From contig OZ219917.1 of assembly GCA_964291415.2 (NCBI GenBank), positions 224,001 through 288,000 of the forward strand: a stretch of DNA of 64,000 bases. The letters are read 5' to 3'. Positions 1 to 9,183 of the stretch are shown one piece after another. Position numbers and translations under genes: made by a program. Origin of the DNA: Alphaproteobacteria bacterium. Lineage in GTDB: Bacteria; Pseudomonadota; Alphaproteobacteria; SP197. Under the pieces are notes generated by a model, which saw only the letters and a program-made list of their open reading frames with translations, made no database searches and was not told where the DNA came from. Every line of letters begins with the position of its first letter. Positions within the stretch are counted from its first letter, which is position 1.

Positions 1-1
1 C

Positions 2-469
2 GACGCATGGGCCGCCAGCGTGACGGCCCAAGGCCTTCCGCTCGAAGTCCATGCCAGTCACATCCTCGTTGCCACGTTCGACGAGGCGCAGGCGATCGCC
101 CTCATGGCCCGGCAGGGCGAGGACTTTGCGGAACTGGCGCGAAGCCATTCGACCGGTCCGACAGGCCCGGCGGGCGGCGACCTCGGCTGGTTCGGGGCAG
201 GCATGATGGTTGCCGAGTTCGAGGAGGCTGCCTGGGCTCTCGCTCCAGGCGAGGTCTCCGATCCGGTGGAGACGAGGTTCGGATGGCACGTCATCAAGGT
301 CCACGACCGGCGAACCACGCACGTGCCCACGCGTGGCGAGGTGGAAGGAACTCTCCGCCAGGAGCTCGCCCGCCAGGCCATTGCCAACGACCTGCAGCGC
401 CTCCGGTCGACGGCCACCATCGAGATCCTGACAGCGGTACCGCCGGACGACTTCGGAGGCGACGAATGA
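2..469 (+). CDS. PpiC/parvulin-type peptidylprolyl isomerase (5' partial)
   Basis: Rotamase motifs HASHILV, FAELARSHSTGP..GGDLGWF, PVETRFGWHVIKV. Frame is open to the window edge and its stop overlaps the argJ start (ATGA). Confidence 0.92.
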   Translation, partial: DAWAASVTAQGLPLEVHASHILVATFDEAQAIALMARQGEDFAELARSHSTGPTGPAGGDLGWFGAGMMVAEFEEAAWALAPGEVSDPVETRFGWHVIKVHDRRTTHVPTRGEVEGTLRQELARQAIANDLQRLRSTATIEILTAVPPDDFGGDE

Positions 470-1707
470 GCAGCCAGACGGACATCTCCCCCTTCGCTCC
501 GGAGCAATTCCCGGTCATGCACCGGGTGCCGGGCGTGCGCCTTGGAGCCGGCCGCTGCGGAATCAGGCACTCGGACACCAAGCTCGACCTCATGGTGGCG
601 GCGTTCGATCGACCCGCCGCCGTTGCCGGCGTCTTCACCAAGTCGAGCACCGCCGGCGCCCCGGTCCAGTGGTGCCGCAAGCATCTCGCCCGCGGCATCG
701 CGAGAGGGCTCGTCGTCAATTCCGGCAACGCCAATGTCTTTACCGGAAAGGCGGGACGCGACGCCGTGGAAGCGATGGCCGGGCGAACGGCGGCACTCGT
801 CGGCGCGGAGCCTCACGAGATCTTCGTTGCCTCCACCGGCGTCATCGGCGAGACGCTGCCTGTGTCCGCCGTCGTCAAGGCCCTTCCCCGAATCACGGCC
901 TCGCTCGACGCCGACTCCTGGCACGACGCCGCCCAGGCGATCATGACCACCGACACCTTTCCCAAGGGCGCGTCGGTCATGACCTCGATAGCCGGAACCC
1001 CGGTGACGATCACCGGGATGGCCAAGGGCTCCGGCATGATTGCGCCAAACATGGCGACGATGCTGGCCTACGTGTTCACCGATGCGACACTCCCGGCCGC
1101 CGTTCTCCAGCCCCTGCTCGCGTCGGCTGCCGACCGCTCCTTCAACGCCATCACCGTCGACAGCGACACCTCGACCAGCGACACGCTGCAGCTCTTTGCC
1201 ACGGGCCAGGCCCGGCACCCGGCCATCACCGACCGGCGGGATCCGCACCTGAAGGCCTTCCGCGAGGCGCTTGATGCCCTCTGCCTCGATCTCGCGCATC
1301 AGGTGGTCAAGGACGGCGAAGGGGCGCAGAAGTTCGTCGAGATCCGCATCACGGGCGCGAAGTCGGCCAAGGCGGCACGCACCATCGGTCTCGCCATTGC
1401 GAATTCACCGCTGGTCAAGACCGCCATTGCCGGAGGCGACGCCAACTGGGGCCGCATCGTCATGGCGGTGGGCAAGTCCGGAGAACCGATCGCCGAGACC
1501 GACCTCGACATCCACGTAGGCGGCCACGCCGTCGCCCTCGACGGCGCACCGCCACCGGGCTACGACGAGACCCCCGTCGCCCGCCACATGGCGGGCCGCG
1601 AGGTCCTTATCGAGGTCGCCGTCGGCAAGGGTCGCGGCAAGGCAACGGTCTGGACCTGCGATTTCACGCGCCGCTACATCGAGATCAACGCCGACTACCG
1701 CAGCTGA
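466..1707 (+). CDS. argJ: bifunctional ornithine acetyltransferase/N-acetylglutamate synthase
   Basis: VVNSGNAN, IMTTDT, AKGSGMIAPNMATML (autoproteolysis site), DSDTSTSD, KDGEGA, DANWGR, INADYRS. ATG at 466. Confidence 0.98.
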   Translation: MSSQTDISPFAPEQFPVMHRVPGVRLGAGRCGIRHSDTKLDLMVAAFDRPAAVAGVFTKSSTAGAPVQWCRKHLARGIARGLVVNSGNANVFTGKAGRDAVEAMAGRTAALVGAEPHEIFVASTGVIGETLPVSAVVKALPRITASLDADSWHDAAQAIMTTDTFPKGASVMTSIAGTPVTITGMAKGSGMIAPNMATMLAYVFTDATLPAAVLQPLLASAADRSFNAITVDSDTSTSDTLQLFATGQARHPAITDRRDPHLKAFREALDALCLDLAHQVVKDGEGAQKFVEIRITGAKSAKAARTIGLAIANSPLVKTAIAGGDANWGRIVMAVGKSGEPIAETDLDIHVGGHAVALDGAPPPGYDETPVARHMAGREVLIEVAVGKGRGKATVWTCDFTRRYIEINADYRS

Positions 1708-1981
1708 CGCGAACCGTTTTCCGCCACGCACGACAGGGACGGCACCGTCTTCGAATGTCTGTGTCTCTTCTGGACCTCAGGCGGCTGCGAGAAGCGATGC
1801 CAGTTCTCCCAAGGCCTGGTTCGGCCGTTGATACGTCGCCGCGCCTTCGCTCGGACGGGTTCAGCAGTTCGATAAACTCAGTCGCAGACAGCACCTTTGC
1901 CCCGGAACCGACCATTGGGCCGAGGTTCCGGTGCCGATCGCCCGCAGAAGACCACCGCCTCTATCGATCTGGTGACGGATG

Positions 1982-2815
1982 CTAACCGTCCAGTTCGCGC
2001 CAGATGTTTCGCACCAAATCCTTGATCATCAATGCCTCTTCCCACCGGTCAGACAGTTCCTCGCCATCAGGACCCGATATCGCGTACTCCTTTGGCCCCA
2101 ACTCGCACAGGAAGTTGAGAGTATCGTCAGGTCCCGACCGTTTCCGCCACGACTCGAATCCCCGTCTCCACCAGGCCAGAAACAGTTCGAACCACTCGCG
2201 ATGATGCGGGAAGGAGATCTGAATCTGCACCTGTTCGCGCGATGCGACCCGACCCTGAAAACTCTCTGAGCGGTCAAGAACCTGCTGAATCTGGCCATGA
2301 ACAATGTCATCTATTGGCCAGGAGAACTCGCGGCCGACAACGAAATGCGACAAGTCGGCGCACATTCGCATCCGGGGCACGGCATCCATCAACTGGAGCG
2401 TGTAGAGCATGTCCGTTGTGATGCAGTCCCTATGCGTCTCGATCGTGACATCGACGCCGGCTCGCTCGCAATCGTCCAGCCAGCGATTGATGTACTCCGC
2501 GCCCTCCGCGACGGTGAATGGGTAGACTTGGCCGATGATGTTGAGATGCCGGGAGTTTAGATCTTGAGCCAGTTCGATCGCCGGCCCCAGATCGTCCACC
2601 CCCTTGGGAAACGCCGTTACGGTTGACGCGAGCCCAAACTCCCGAAGCAACGGTCCGATGCCTTCGCCGCTCGGATCTCCATAGACGATGTCGATACCGT
2701 CATATCCTGCGTGAGAAATCATCCGCACCTTGGTGTCGAGCGACCACTCGTCGACCTTCGCACTGCGTCGCTCCATAGCCCAGAGTGATTGAAAGACTTC
2801 GAGTTCTTGCGCCAT
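1982..2815 (-). CDS. sugar phosphate isomerase/epimerase (xylose isomerase-like TIM barrel) family protein
   Basis: IETHRD, ADLSHF, FQGRVAS, LCELGP motifs. GAGGTGGAG precedes ATG 2815. Confidence 0.8.
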   Translation of the reverse strand: MAQELEVFQSLWAMERRSAKVDEWSLDTKVRMISHAGYDGIDIVYGDPSGEGIGPLLREFGLASTVTAFPKGVDDLGPAIELAQDLNSRHLNIIGQVYPFTVAEGAEYINRWLDDCERAGVDVTIETHRDCITTDMLYTLQLMDAVPRMRMCADLSHFVVGREFSWPIDDIVHGQIQQVLDRSESFQGRVASREQVQIQISFPHHREWFELFLAWWRRGFESWRKRSGPDDTLNFLCELGPKEYAISGPDGEELSDRWEEALMIKDLVRNIWRELDG

Positions 2816-3021
2816 CTCCACCTCAATTCTGATCCGGCAAACCTCGTTGGATCGCGCCATTGTACGTCTTGAGGTCAACCAGCGCTCCTGCCTGCGAGAT
2901 ATCAGAATGCGTTGCAATGAACCCGCATGAGGTCATGCAGGATCTAAGGTCGGATCTGGTGTGCGGATGAGTTGAACCGTGCGGCGAGCCTCTGCCAAGA
3001 TCGTTTCTCGCAAACTCGATT

Positions 3022-3333
3022 TCAGCAAGAGACTCGAGCTTGCTCCTGCCCGAGGACTGCTCTGAACATGTCAAGGACAGCGTCCGGTGCCGGATCGCCG
3101 TAACCCGGGAGATCCAGATCGCGTGTGCCGCGGGACGGCTCATCGAACCATGCTGTCAGCAACATGGCCCCCTTCAGCACGAAACGGTCGGCGTACGAGG
3201 ACTGCGTGAGCCGGTAGAGCAGGCGCTCGATCGCATAGTGCGTCAGGACCAGATCGAAGTTTTGACCCTTCTCCTTGCTGATTCTGAGGAGGCGAGCCCG
3301 GACCGAGGCCCCGATACTATTGATTCTAGGCAT
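3022..3333 (-). pseudogene. abiEii: truncated AbiEii-type nucleotidyltransferase toxin
   Basis: ASVRARLL..YAIERLLYRL..FVLKGAMLL..RGTRDLDL N-terminus. Stops at 103 aa, far short of a full AbiEii. Overlaps the abiEi stop. Confidence 0.85.
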
Positions 3334-3943
3334 TGGCGGTGAGCGCCTCGAGGTACGGGCGGACCACTGTGGCGACACCGCCGCGCTCCGCGTGCCGGCC
3401 AATCTCGGCGGGGCTTGCCTTTCGTTGCCGGAGTGCCTCCTGTAGACCTTCCAGCGCCACCGCCTGTCCGATCTTCCGGCGATGCCTGAAGCAGTCGGCG
3501 ATCGTCTTGGCGACGCCGAAGACCTTCACGGGAACATTCTCGATGTGCACGGTGAGGACGTCGTCGGCGAGAAGCGCATCCGTAAACCGCACGATCCGCA
3601 TGGCCGGCCTTCCCTCCTTCGGCATCCAGTCCCTGGTGCCGATCGCCATCCAGACTGCGCGCGGGAGTTGATCGGTCAGCTCGTGGTAGGCCAGCGCCGA
3701 CACCAGGCAGACGACACCCTTGGGAACGCGTTTTGTGGCTTCCGCCAGACTGTGGTTGGCGTCGAGCGGCGCATCAGGCAGTTGGTAGAGCCCGCGCGCG
3801 AGTCGGTTCACGTCACCGGTGCGGACCATTCTGCCGATCGTGGCCGCGGTAATGCCGGCATCCGTGAACTCCGACAGGCGCGCGATTCCCTTCACCCGAA
3901 GAAGATCGATCGCCTGTTCGCGTTGCGTGCCAGTCCTCGCCAT
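3326..3943 (-). CDS. abiEi: type IV TA antitoxin, AbiEi family
   Basis: wHTH with RLARGLYQL, CLVSALAYHELTDQLP, KTIADCFR. Directly upstream of abiEii. Confidence 0.9.
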   Translation of the reverse strand: MARTGTQREQAIDLLRVKGIARLSEFTDAGITAATIGRMVRTGDVNRLARGLYQLPDAPLDANHSLAEATKRVPKGVVCLVSALAYHELTDQLPRAVWMAIGTRDWMPKEGRPAMRIVRFTDALLADDVLTVHIENVPVKVFGVAKTIADCFRHRRKIGQAVALEGLQEALRQRKASPAEIGRHAERGGVATVVRPYLEALTANA

Positions 3944-4104
3944 CGATATCAAACCACGGAATAACGAATACATGTTCCGAGATTTTGTATCACTTATCTC
4001 AAGCTCGGACAAATGTCGGTCACGCAGATTAACCGAGAGAAACCGGAGCCGCAGCCGAGGGAAAGTGATCCAGCCGGACACAAACGCTTTGTAGCCGCTG
4101 ACAA

Positions 4105-4157
4105 GGGATTAACCTTGCAAATCCGGTACGCTGCGTTGGATTTGCAAGGTTAATCCC
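4105..4157. repeat. perfect 20-bp inverted repeat with 13-nt spacer
   Basis: GGGATTAACCTTGCAAATCC (4105-4124) and GGATTTGCAAGGTTAATCCC (4138-4157). Confidence 0.9.
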
Positions 4158-4379
4158 GAGTTGGTAGTGCCTCGCGCATATTGTAAGGGACGCGTGGTTC
4201 AGCTTGCTGACGCTCTCCGGATCCAAGTGTCGCCGGCCTCCGCAGGAGCGGCCTTGGCATTCGGAACGTTCCTCTGTTTGGCGTACGTGAACAACCAGTT
4301 TTCGTCGCACTGGATCAAGGTCAAGAGAAATGGGGGCAACGACCACTGCCCCCTCTGTTCTCAAAAGTCACTCTCGCCG

Positions 4380-4832
4380 CTAAGCGGCCACTTGGTGCGG
4401 TTGCCAGCCTTCTTCTGTGTCTTCGAAGCTCAACTCGTCGCCAGTCATATCGTCGAGCCTGGAGAGTTGTTCGAGCATCTCCTTGACTCCCTCATTCTCC
4501 CCAACATGTTCGATGTAGATAAGCCTCAGCAGGCGTTCAGCCGCTCCGTCGATCTTGGATTGTTCTTTCTCCCAGCGAGCGATGCTCTGGCCGTTCTTGC
4601 CGAGAGTCATGCCCAGCACTGTTTGAGACAGTCCGAGCTCATGCCTCAGGAACCGAATCTCCCTCCCGTTCAGGGATTTCTTTTCAAAGACGAGATACCC
4701 GCCGATCGCGCGATGCAGATTATCGATGTTCTCAATATGCACCGCCTTGCCATGCGGTGTTTCCGAGTATCGGAAGCCGTTTAGCAGGTAGACATTGTCG
4801 AGTCCGCACTCGCGATAGTGATATCTTCCCAT
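4380..4832 (-). CDS. XRE/HTH regulator, MqsA/HigA-like antitoxin partner of DUF4258
   Basis: YHYRECGLDNVYLLNGF N-terminus and HTH EIRFLRHELGLSQ..QSIARWEK. Confidence 0.85.
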   Translation of the reverse strand: MGRYHYRECGLDNVYLLNGFRYSETPHGKAVHIENIDNLHRAIGGYLVFEKKSLNGREIRFLRHELGLSQTVLGMTLGKNGQSIARWEKEQSKIDGAAERLLRLIYIEHVGENEGVKEMLEQLSRLDDMTGDELSFEDTEEGWQPHQVAA

Positions 4833-4860
4833 TGGTCCTCTTTCTCTAAATGTTGTGGAT

Positions 4861-5142
4861 CTAGATGACCGTGACAACGGTGAGGGTCTTGTCGCCCTCC
4901 TTTATTGCCACGACGACCCGAGTGATCCGTCCGGCGCTGCGCTTTCTCAGACTCACCTTCCAGTCCCCGTATTCATCCAGCGTTGGCTTGCTGATGATCT
5001 TGCCGTTTCGAAGCGTATCAAGCGCTTGGCGCATGGTGACGTTCCTGTCTCTCATCCTCGCGTGCGCATGACTGGACCATCCAATCCTGTCGGAGTCGGT
5101 CACCGCTTCACGAATGATGCTCTGAGCCGCCTCCTTAGACAT
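4861..5142 (-). pseudogene. DUF4258 (RelE-like) toxin, 3' part, interrupted by IS110 (5' 14 codons at 6680-6721)
   Basis: WSSHAHARMRDRNVT..VVTVI. Removing 5143-6679 gives a continuous 107-aa ORF. Confidence 0.75.
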
Positions 5143-5234
5143 CATGGATTGACCTGCCCTGGCCTCGAGGATCGTGGGTTATTCTCGAGGTCAGGAACCC
5201 TTTGAGTACAGAGCCACATCGAGGAGGGCAGGTC

Positions 5235-6362
5235 ATGGTCGAGTATAACGCATTCGTTGGTCTGGACGTCCACAAGGAGACGATCGCGGTGGCGGTTGCG
5301 GTGCCGGGTCGAGAGGATCCGGTGTACCGGGGCGAGATCTCCAACAAGCGTTCATCGTTGCGTCGCCTGGTTGGCAAGCTGAGTTCGCATGGCGAAGTGT
5401 TGAGCTTCGCTTATGAGGCCGGTCCCTGCGGCTATGGGGTGTACCGGGAGCTTGTGGCGACGGGCCACGACTGCATGGTGGTGGCGCCGAGCCTGGTTCC
5501 GCGCAAGGCGGGTGACCGGGTGAAGACGGATCGTCGTGACGCGCTGAACCTGGCGCGTCTTCACCGCGCCGGGGAGTTGCGTCGGGTGTGGGTTCCCGAC
5601 GCCGATCAGGAGGCGATGCGAGACCTGACGCGGGCGCGCGAGGACATGAAGGCGATCGAGCTCAAGGCCAGGCAGCGCCTGGGAGCGTTCCTGCTACGCC
5701 ACGAGCGGATCTACGCGGGTCGCAGCCGCTGGACGCAGGCGCACTTCCGCTGGCTGGAGGAGCAGTCCTTCGAGCATCCGATGCAGCAGGTGGTGTTCCA
5801 GGAGTACGTGGATGCGGTGCTGGACGCCCAGCGCCGGGTGGCGGGCCTGGACGAACAGATCCACCAGGCTGTCGCCACGTGGTCGTTGCGTCCTTTGGTG
5901 GAGGCCTTGATCAGCCTGCGCGGCGTCAACGTTCTCACCGCGGTGACGGTGCTGGCCGAACTCGGCGACCTGACGCGCTTCGACAGCCCCCGTCAACTGA
6001 TGAGCCATCTCGGCCTGGTGCCCAGCGAGCACTCCTCAGGCGCACGGCGGCGGCGGAGTGGAATCACCAAGACCGGCAACGGCCACGTGCGCCGCGTGCT
6101 CGTCGAGGCCGCCTGGAGCTATCGCTTCGCGGCCCGCAAGACGGCCCATCTCCAGCGCAAGGCCGCCTCGGCCCCGCCCCGGGTCCAGGCCCTCGCCTGG
6201 GCTGCCCAGAAACGCCTGTGCGGCCGCTACCGGCGGCTCTCCCATGCCGGCAAGGCGCACTGCCAGGTGACCACCGCCGTGGCCCGCGAGCTGGCCGGCT
6301 TCATATGGGCCATCGCCTGCGAGATGGCTGGCCGTCCCCACGGCAGTCGTGCCCTGACCTGA
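5235..6362 (+). CDS. IS110 family transposase/recombinase
   Basis: DEDD RuvC-like residues GLDVHK, YEAG, KTDRRDA. C-terminal GLVPSEHSSG and ITKTGN. SD GAGGAGG. Confidence 0.96.
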   Translation: MVEYNAFVGLDVHKETIAVAVAVPGREDPVYRGEISNKRSSLRRLVGKLSSHGEVLSFAYEAGPCGYGVYRELVATGHDCMVVAPSLVPRKAGDRVKTDRRDALNLARLHRAGELRRVWVPDADQEAMRDLTRAREDMKAIELKARQRLGAFLLRHERIYAGRSRWTQAHFRWLEEQSFEHPMQQVVFQEYVDAVLDAQRRVAGLDEQIHQAVATWSLRPLVEALISLRGVNVLTAVTVLAELGDLTRFDSPRQLMSHLGLVPSEHSSGARRRRSGITKTGNGHVRRVLVEAAWSYRFAARKTAHLQRKAASAPPRVQALAWAAQKRLCGRYRRLSHAGKAHCQVTTAVARELAGFIWAIACEMAGRPHGSRALT

Positions 6363-6425
6363 ATGCCGCAGATCCTGAAACAACCCACAACTCTGCCTGG
6401 CAAGGCAACCAACAAAGGACGATCA

Positions 6426-6626
6426 GGCATGACGGGTGCGGAACGCGGGTGGTCGGTGAGGAGAACCCTCGTTCTGCCTATGCGCGGCGAACCGGAACGT
6501 TCGTCAACCCGCGTCATTAGACAGAGGCAGCTCCGCGACGAAGTGAAGTCAGGTGGTAACCAACCCACGGATATCAGAGTGATCCACCGTCGCAGCAAGC
6601 CGCCCGCGGTCCGCTCCCGTCATGCC
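6426..6626 (+). ncRNA. putative bridge/seekRNA of the IS110 element
   Basis: ~27-bp closing stem (6426-6452 with 6599-6626) enclosing stem-internal-loop domains that carry target-like 7-mers. Expression and ends are not demonstrable from sequence. Confidence 0.6.
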
Positions 6627-6679
6627 AAAAGGAGGTCGGGATAGAAACGGACCGAGCCGGTATAGACAGGTCAATACAT

Positions 6680-6721
6680 ATCAGTCAGTGTCTTCGGAAA
6701 CGGTATGATTTCAGCAGTCAT
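6680..6721 (-). pseudogene. 5' fragment (MTAEIIPFPKTLTD) of the DUF4258 toxin gene
   Basis: 42 nt, in frame with MSKEAAQ... after IS removal. Confidence 0.65.
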
Positions 6722-6725
6722 ACAT

Positions 6726-6758
6726 CTATCAATATGATAGGTACGATCCGACTGTCAA
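6726..6758 (-). promoter_or_regulatory. putative sigma70 promoter/operator of the DUF4258-HTH operon
   Basis: TTGACA (6758-6753), 16 nt, CATATT (6736-6731), overlapped by palindrome CTATCA-ata-TGATAG (6726-6740). Confidence 0.6.
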
Positions 6759-6923
6759 CCACCGAGTTATCACGCTTTTCGTGACCAACGAGTCCGTGCG
6801 GCTGTCTGCGCTCTCTCTCCGCCGCTCTGGAGACATCCTTGAGGCACGCGCCTTGCCGTCGTCACCGAACTCCTCCTCGCGCTGACAGCGATTTCCATGA
6901 CGCGGACGGCGTTGCCGATCACG

Positions 6924-7181
6924 TCAGCGGGACGCTTCTGCCCCTTCGGGCCTCCAGGAATCGGAGGGCGCTTCCTGCGGCGCGGGTGCGCCGCCGTCAC
7001 GTAGAACCTTGGCCAGCTTCTTGAACACGTTTGGATGGCCGCGCTTTCGCCTTTCATCGGCGTGCACAGTGGTGTGTAAGTCGGGTACATCGTTCGATGC
7101 GATGTGGATGCTGTCTCTGGCTTCGTCGTACCAAATGCCCACCTCAAGGTAGATGGCGTTCCCAGGCTTGCTCTTGCGCAT
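6924..7181 (-). CDS. small hypothetical protein (85 aa)
   Basis: MRKSKPGNAIYLEVGIWYDE... has protein-like composition. GAGG precedes the ATG. Confidence 0.55.
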   Translation of the reverse strand: MRKSKPGNAIYLEVGIWYDEARDSIHIASNDVPDLHTTVHADERRKRGHPNVFKKLAKVLRDGGAPAPQEAPSDSWRPEGAEASR

Positions 7182-7368
7182 GGACCCTCGCAATGCTTCC
7201 CGCCAAGCATACAGGAAGGGAGAGTTCCTTCTGAAGTTGGAGCTCCCGGGCACCACCATAGTGGCAGGCTGACGCGGCGGCCGCGGAGGGGTCCCGGGCA
7301 TTCCCGCATCTTGTGTCGTTTGTGAGCCGATGCCAGCATGATGAAGGGGTGACGTTGGGGATGGCGGC

Positions 7369-8385
7369 ATGGATTGGGTTCACGGTCGGAAGGTGCTGCC
7401 TCTGCCCGGAGCGAACTTCGGCAGGCTGATCGACGTCGATGACGCCGAGACGTTTGTAGGCGCGGTCGAGCAGACGCCTGACGTGCTGCCCGCCCTGCTC
7501 TGCGAGGCCGGCGGACTCCTTGTCCTGAAGGGCATGGGGGCGATTTCCGGCGAGCCTGAACTCCTGGTGCGGCTGAGCCACCCTTTCGGTAGCGAGGTCG
7601 AGGACTATGCGGTGACCTCGAATCGCCACAACCTCCTGCATCCGGCATCGAGCCAGATCATCCGCATCTCGAACCGGCCGCCGATGAACTTCGAGCCGCC
7701 CGAGCCCCCGGATCCGCCACGCACCGCTGACGGTGGACTTCCGGTCCGTTTTCCGCACCGGCGCGGCTGGCACACCGATCAGAGCTTCCGCCGCCCGCCA
7801 CCCGATATCTCGCTCTTCTATGCCCACGAACCGGCACCCCGGGATCAGGGCCAGACGCTCTATGCCGACGGAACGGGCGCCTGGGAACGGCTGGACGACG
7901 AGCTTGCCGCCATCGCCGAAAACCTCGTCGGCATTCACGTCGCGCCCTTCAAGGGGCACGGCGAGGACGACGCCCGCGAAGGGCGCGAACCACAGGTCCT
8001 CAACGAGCGCGACGGGCCCCAGCCCCAACCGGTGGTGCGCGTCCACCCGGTCAGCGGCCGCAAGGCGCTCTACCTGTGCGAGCGCGAACAGATGGACTGG
8101 ATCAACGGACCCTTCGCCGGCATGGAGCCCGGGGTGAAGGGCGAGGCGGCACGGCTTCTCTACCGCCTGATGCATCATTTCACGCAGCCTGCCCTCACCT
8201 ATGCCCATCACTGGGACCAGGGGGATCTCGTGGTCTACGACAACAGGTGCACGATCCACTCGGCCACCTGGTTCGATGCCACGAAACACAACCGCGACAT
8301 GTGGCGCACCACCGTGTGGGGCAACCCCGGACCGTTCTACGACGGCGAGGCGCGGAGCTGGGAGGGCGGCGCCGCTAGAGGCTGA
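7369..8385 (+). CDS. TauD/TfdA family Fe(II)/2-oxoglutarate dioxygenase
   Basis: WHTD, GQTLYAD, PVVRVHPVSGRKALY, WDQGDLVVYDNRCTIHSA, RDMWRT. Confidence 0.92.
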   Translation: MDWVHGRKVLPLPGANFGRLIDVDDAETFVGAVEQTPDVLPALLCEAGGLLVLKGMGAISGEPELLVRLSHPFGSEVEDYAVTSNRHNLLHPASSQIIRISNRPPMNFEPPEPPDPPRTADGGLPVRFPHRRGWHTDQSFRRPPPDISLFYAHEPAPRDQGQTLYADGTGAWERLDDELAAIAENLVGIHVAPFKGHGEDDAREGREPQVLNERDGPQPQPVVRVHPVSGRKALYLCEREQMDWINGPFAGMEPGVKGEAARLLYRLMHHFTQPALTYAHHWDQGDLVVYDNRCTIHSATWFDATKHNRDMWRTTVWGNPGPFYDGEARSWEGGAARG

Positions 8386-9139
8386 TCGTCAGGCCGCCAT
8401 CGACGGTGAGAACGTGGCCGTTGACGTAAGACGCCGCATCGCAGGCAAGGTAGAGCGCCGCCCAGCCGATGTCCTCGGGCTCTCCCCAGCGTCCCGCAGG
8501 GGTCTTGTCCCTGATTGAGTTGAAGAATTCAGGGTTGTCGTGAAGGGGTTTCGTGAGGTCCGTGACGATGTAGCCCGGCGCGATGGCGTTCACGGTGATC
8601 CCGTGCGGTCCCAGTTCCGTCGCCATGACGCGAACGAGGGCGTTCATGCCCCCCTTGGCCGCTCCGTAGGCCGGCACGTGCTCCCTGCCGATCGAGGCGA
8701 TGATCGACGAGACGAAGATGATGCGCCCACGGGACTGTTCGACCATGTGCCGCGCCACCTCCTGGGAGAGGCGAAAACCGGCGGAAAGATGCACGTCCAG
8801 CGTGCGCTGCCAGTCGTCGAAACCATGCTCGAGAAACGGCACGCGCATGCTGTGACCGGCGTTGTGGACAAGGATGTCGATGGATCCCTGGCACTCGCGA
8901 AACTCCTCGATCCCCTGGAGAGCCGCGTCGGTGTCGCTGACGTCGAAGACCAGATCGTGCGCCTCGATACCGGCCTTGCCCAGTTCGCGGGCTGCCCCCT
9001 TTGTCGTGAGCGGATCGCGGCCGTTGATGCCGACGACCGCACCCGCTTCACCGAGGGTCCGGGCAATGGCGTAGCCGAGGCCACGCGTCGAGCCCGTGAT
9101 CACGGCGGTCCGTCCTGCCAGGGAGAAGGGATGGGTCAT
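8375..9139 (-). CDS. SDR oxidoreductase (gluconate 5-dehydrogenase-like)
   Basis: TGSTRGLG, NAG, YGAAK, VNAIAPG, VDGG. Confidence 0.93.
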   Translation of the reverse strand: MTHPFSLAGRTAVITGSTRGLGYAIARTLGEAGAVVGINGRDPLTTKGAARELGKAGIEAHDLVFDVSDTDAALQGIEEFRECQGSIDILVHNAGHSMRVPFLEHGFDDWQRTLDVHLSAGFRLSQEVARHMVEQSRGRIIFVSSIIASIGREHVPAYGAAKGGMNALVRVMATELGPHGITVNAIAPGYIVTDLTKPLHDNPEFFNSIRDKTPAGRWGEPEDIGWAALYLACDAASYVNGHVLTVDGGLTISL

Positions 9140-9183
9140 GGCCGGCGTTTCCTGATGCGTTGGTCTGACAGCGTATCGTTCCC

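Larger units (their letters stand above)
5143..6679 (+). mobile_element. IS110-family (IS1111-like) insertion sequence
   Basis: Transposase plus ~320-nt 3' non-coding end. Sub-terminal IRs ATTGACCTG (5148-5156)/CAGGTCAAT (6667-6675). ACAT at both junctions (5139-5142, 6676-6679). Confidence 0.88.

Noticed and set aside
7-465. 153-aa N-terminal extension of the argJ ORF
   Set aside because: Overlaps the PpiC gene in another frame; the ATG at 466 with ATGA coupling is the credible start.
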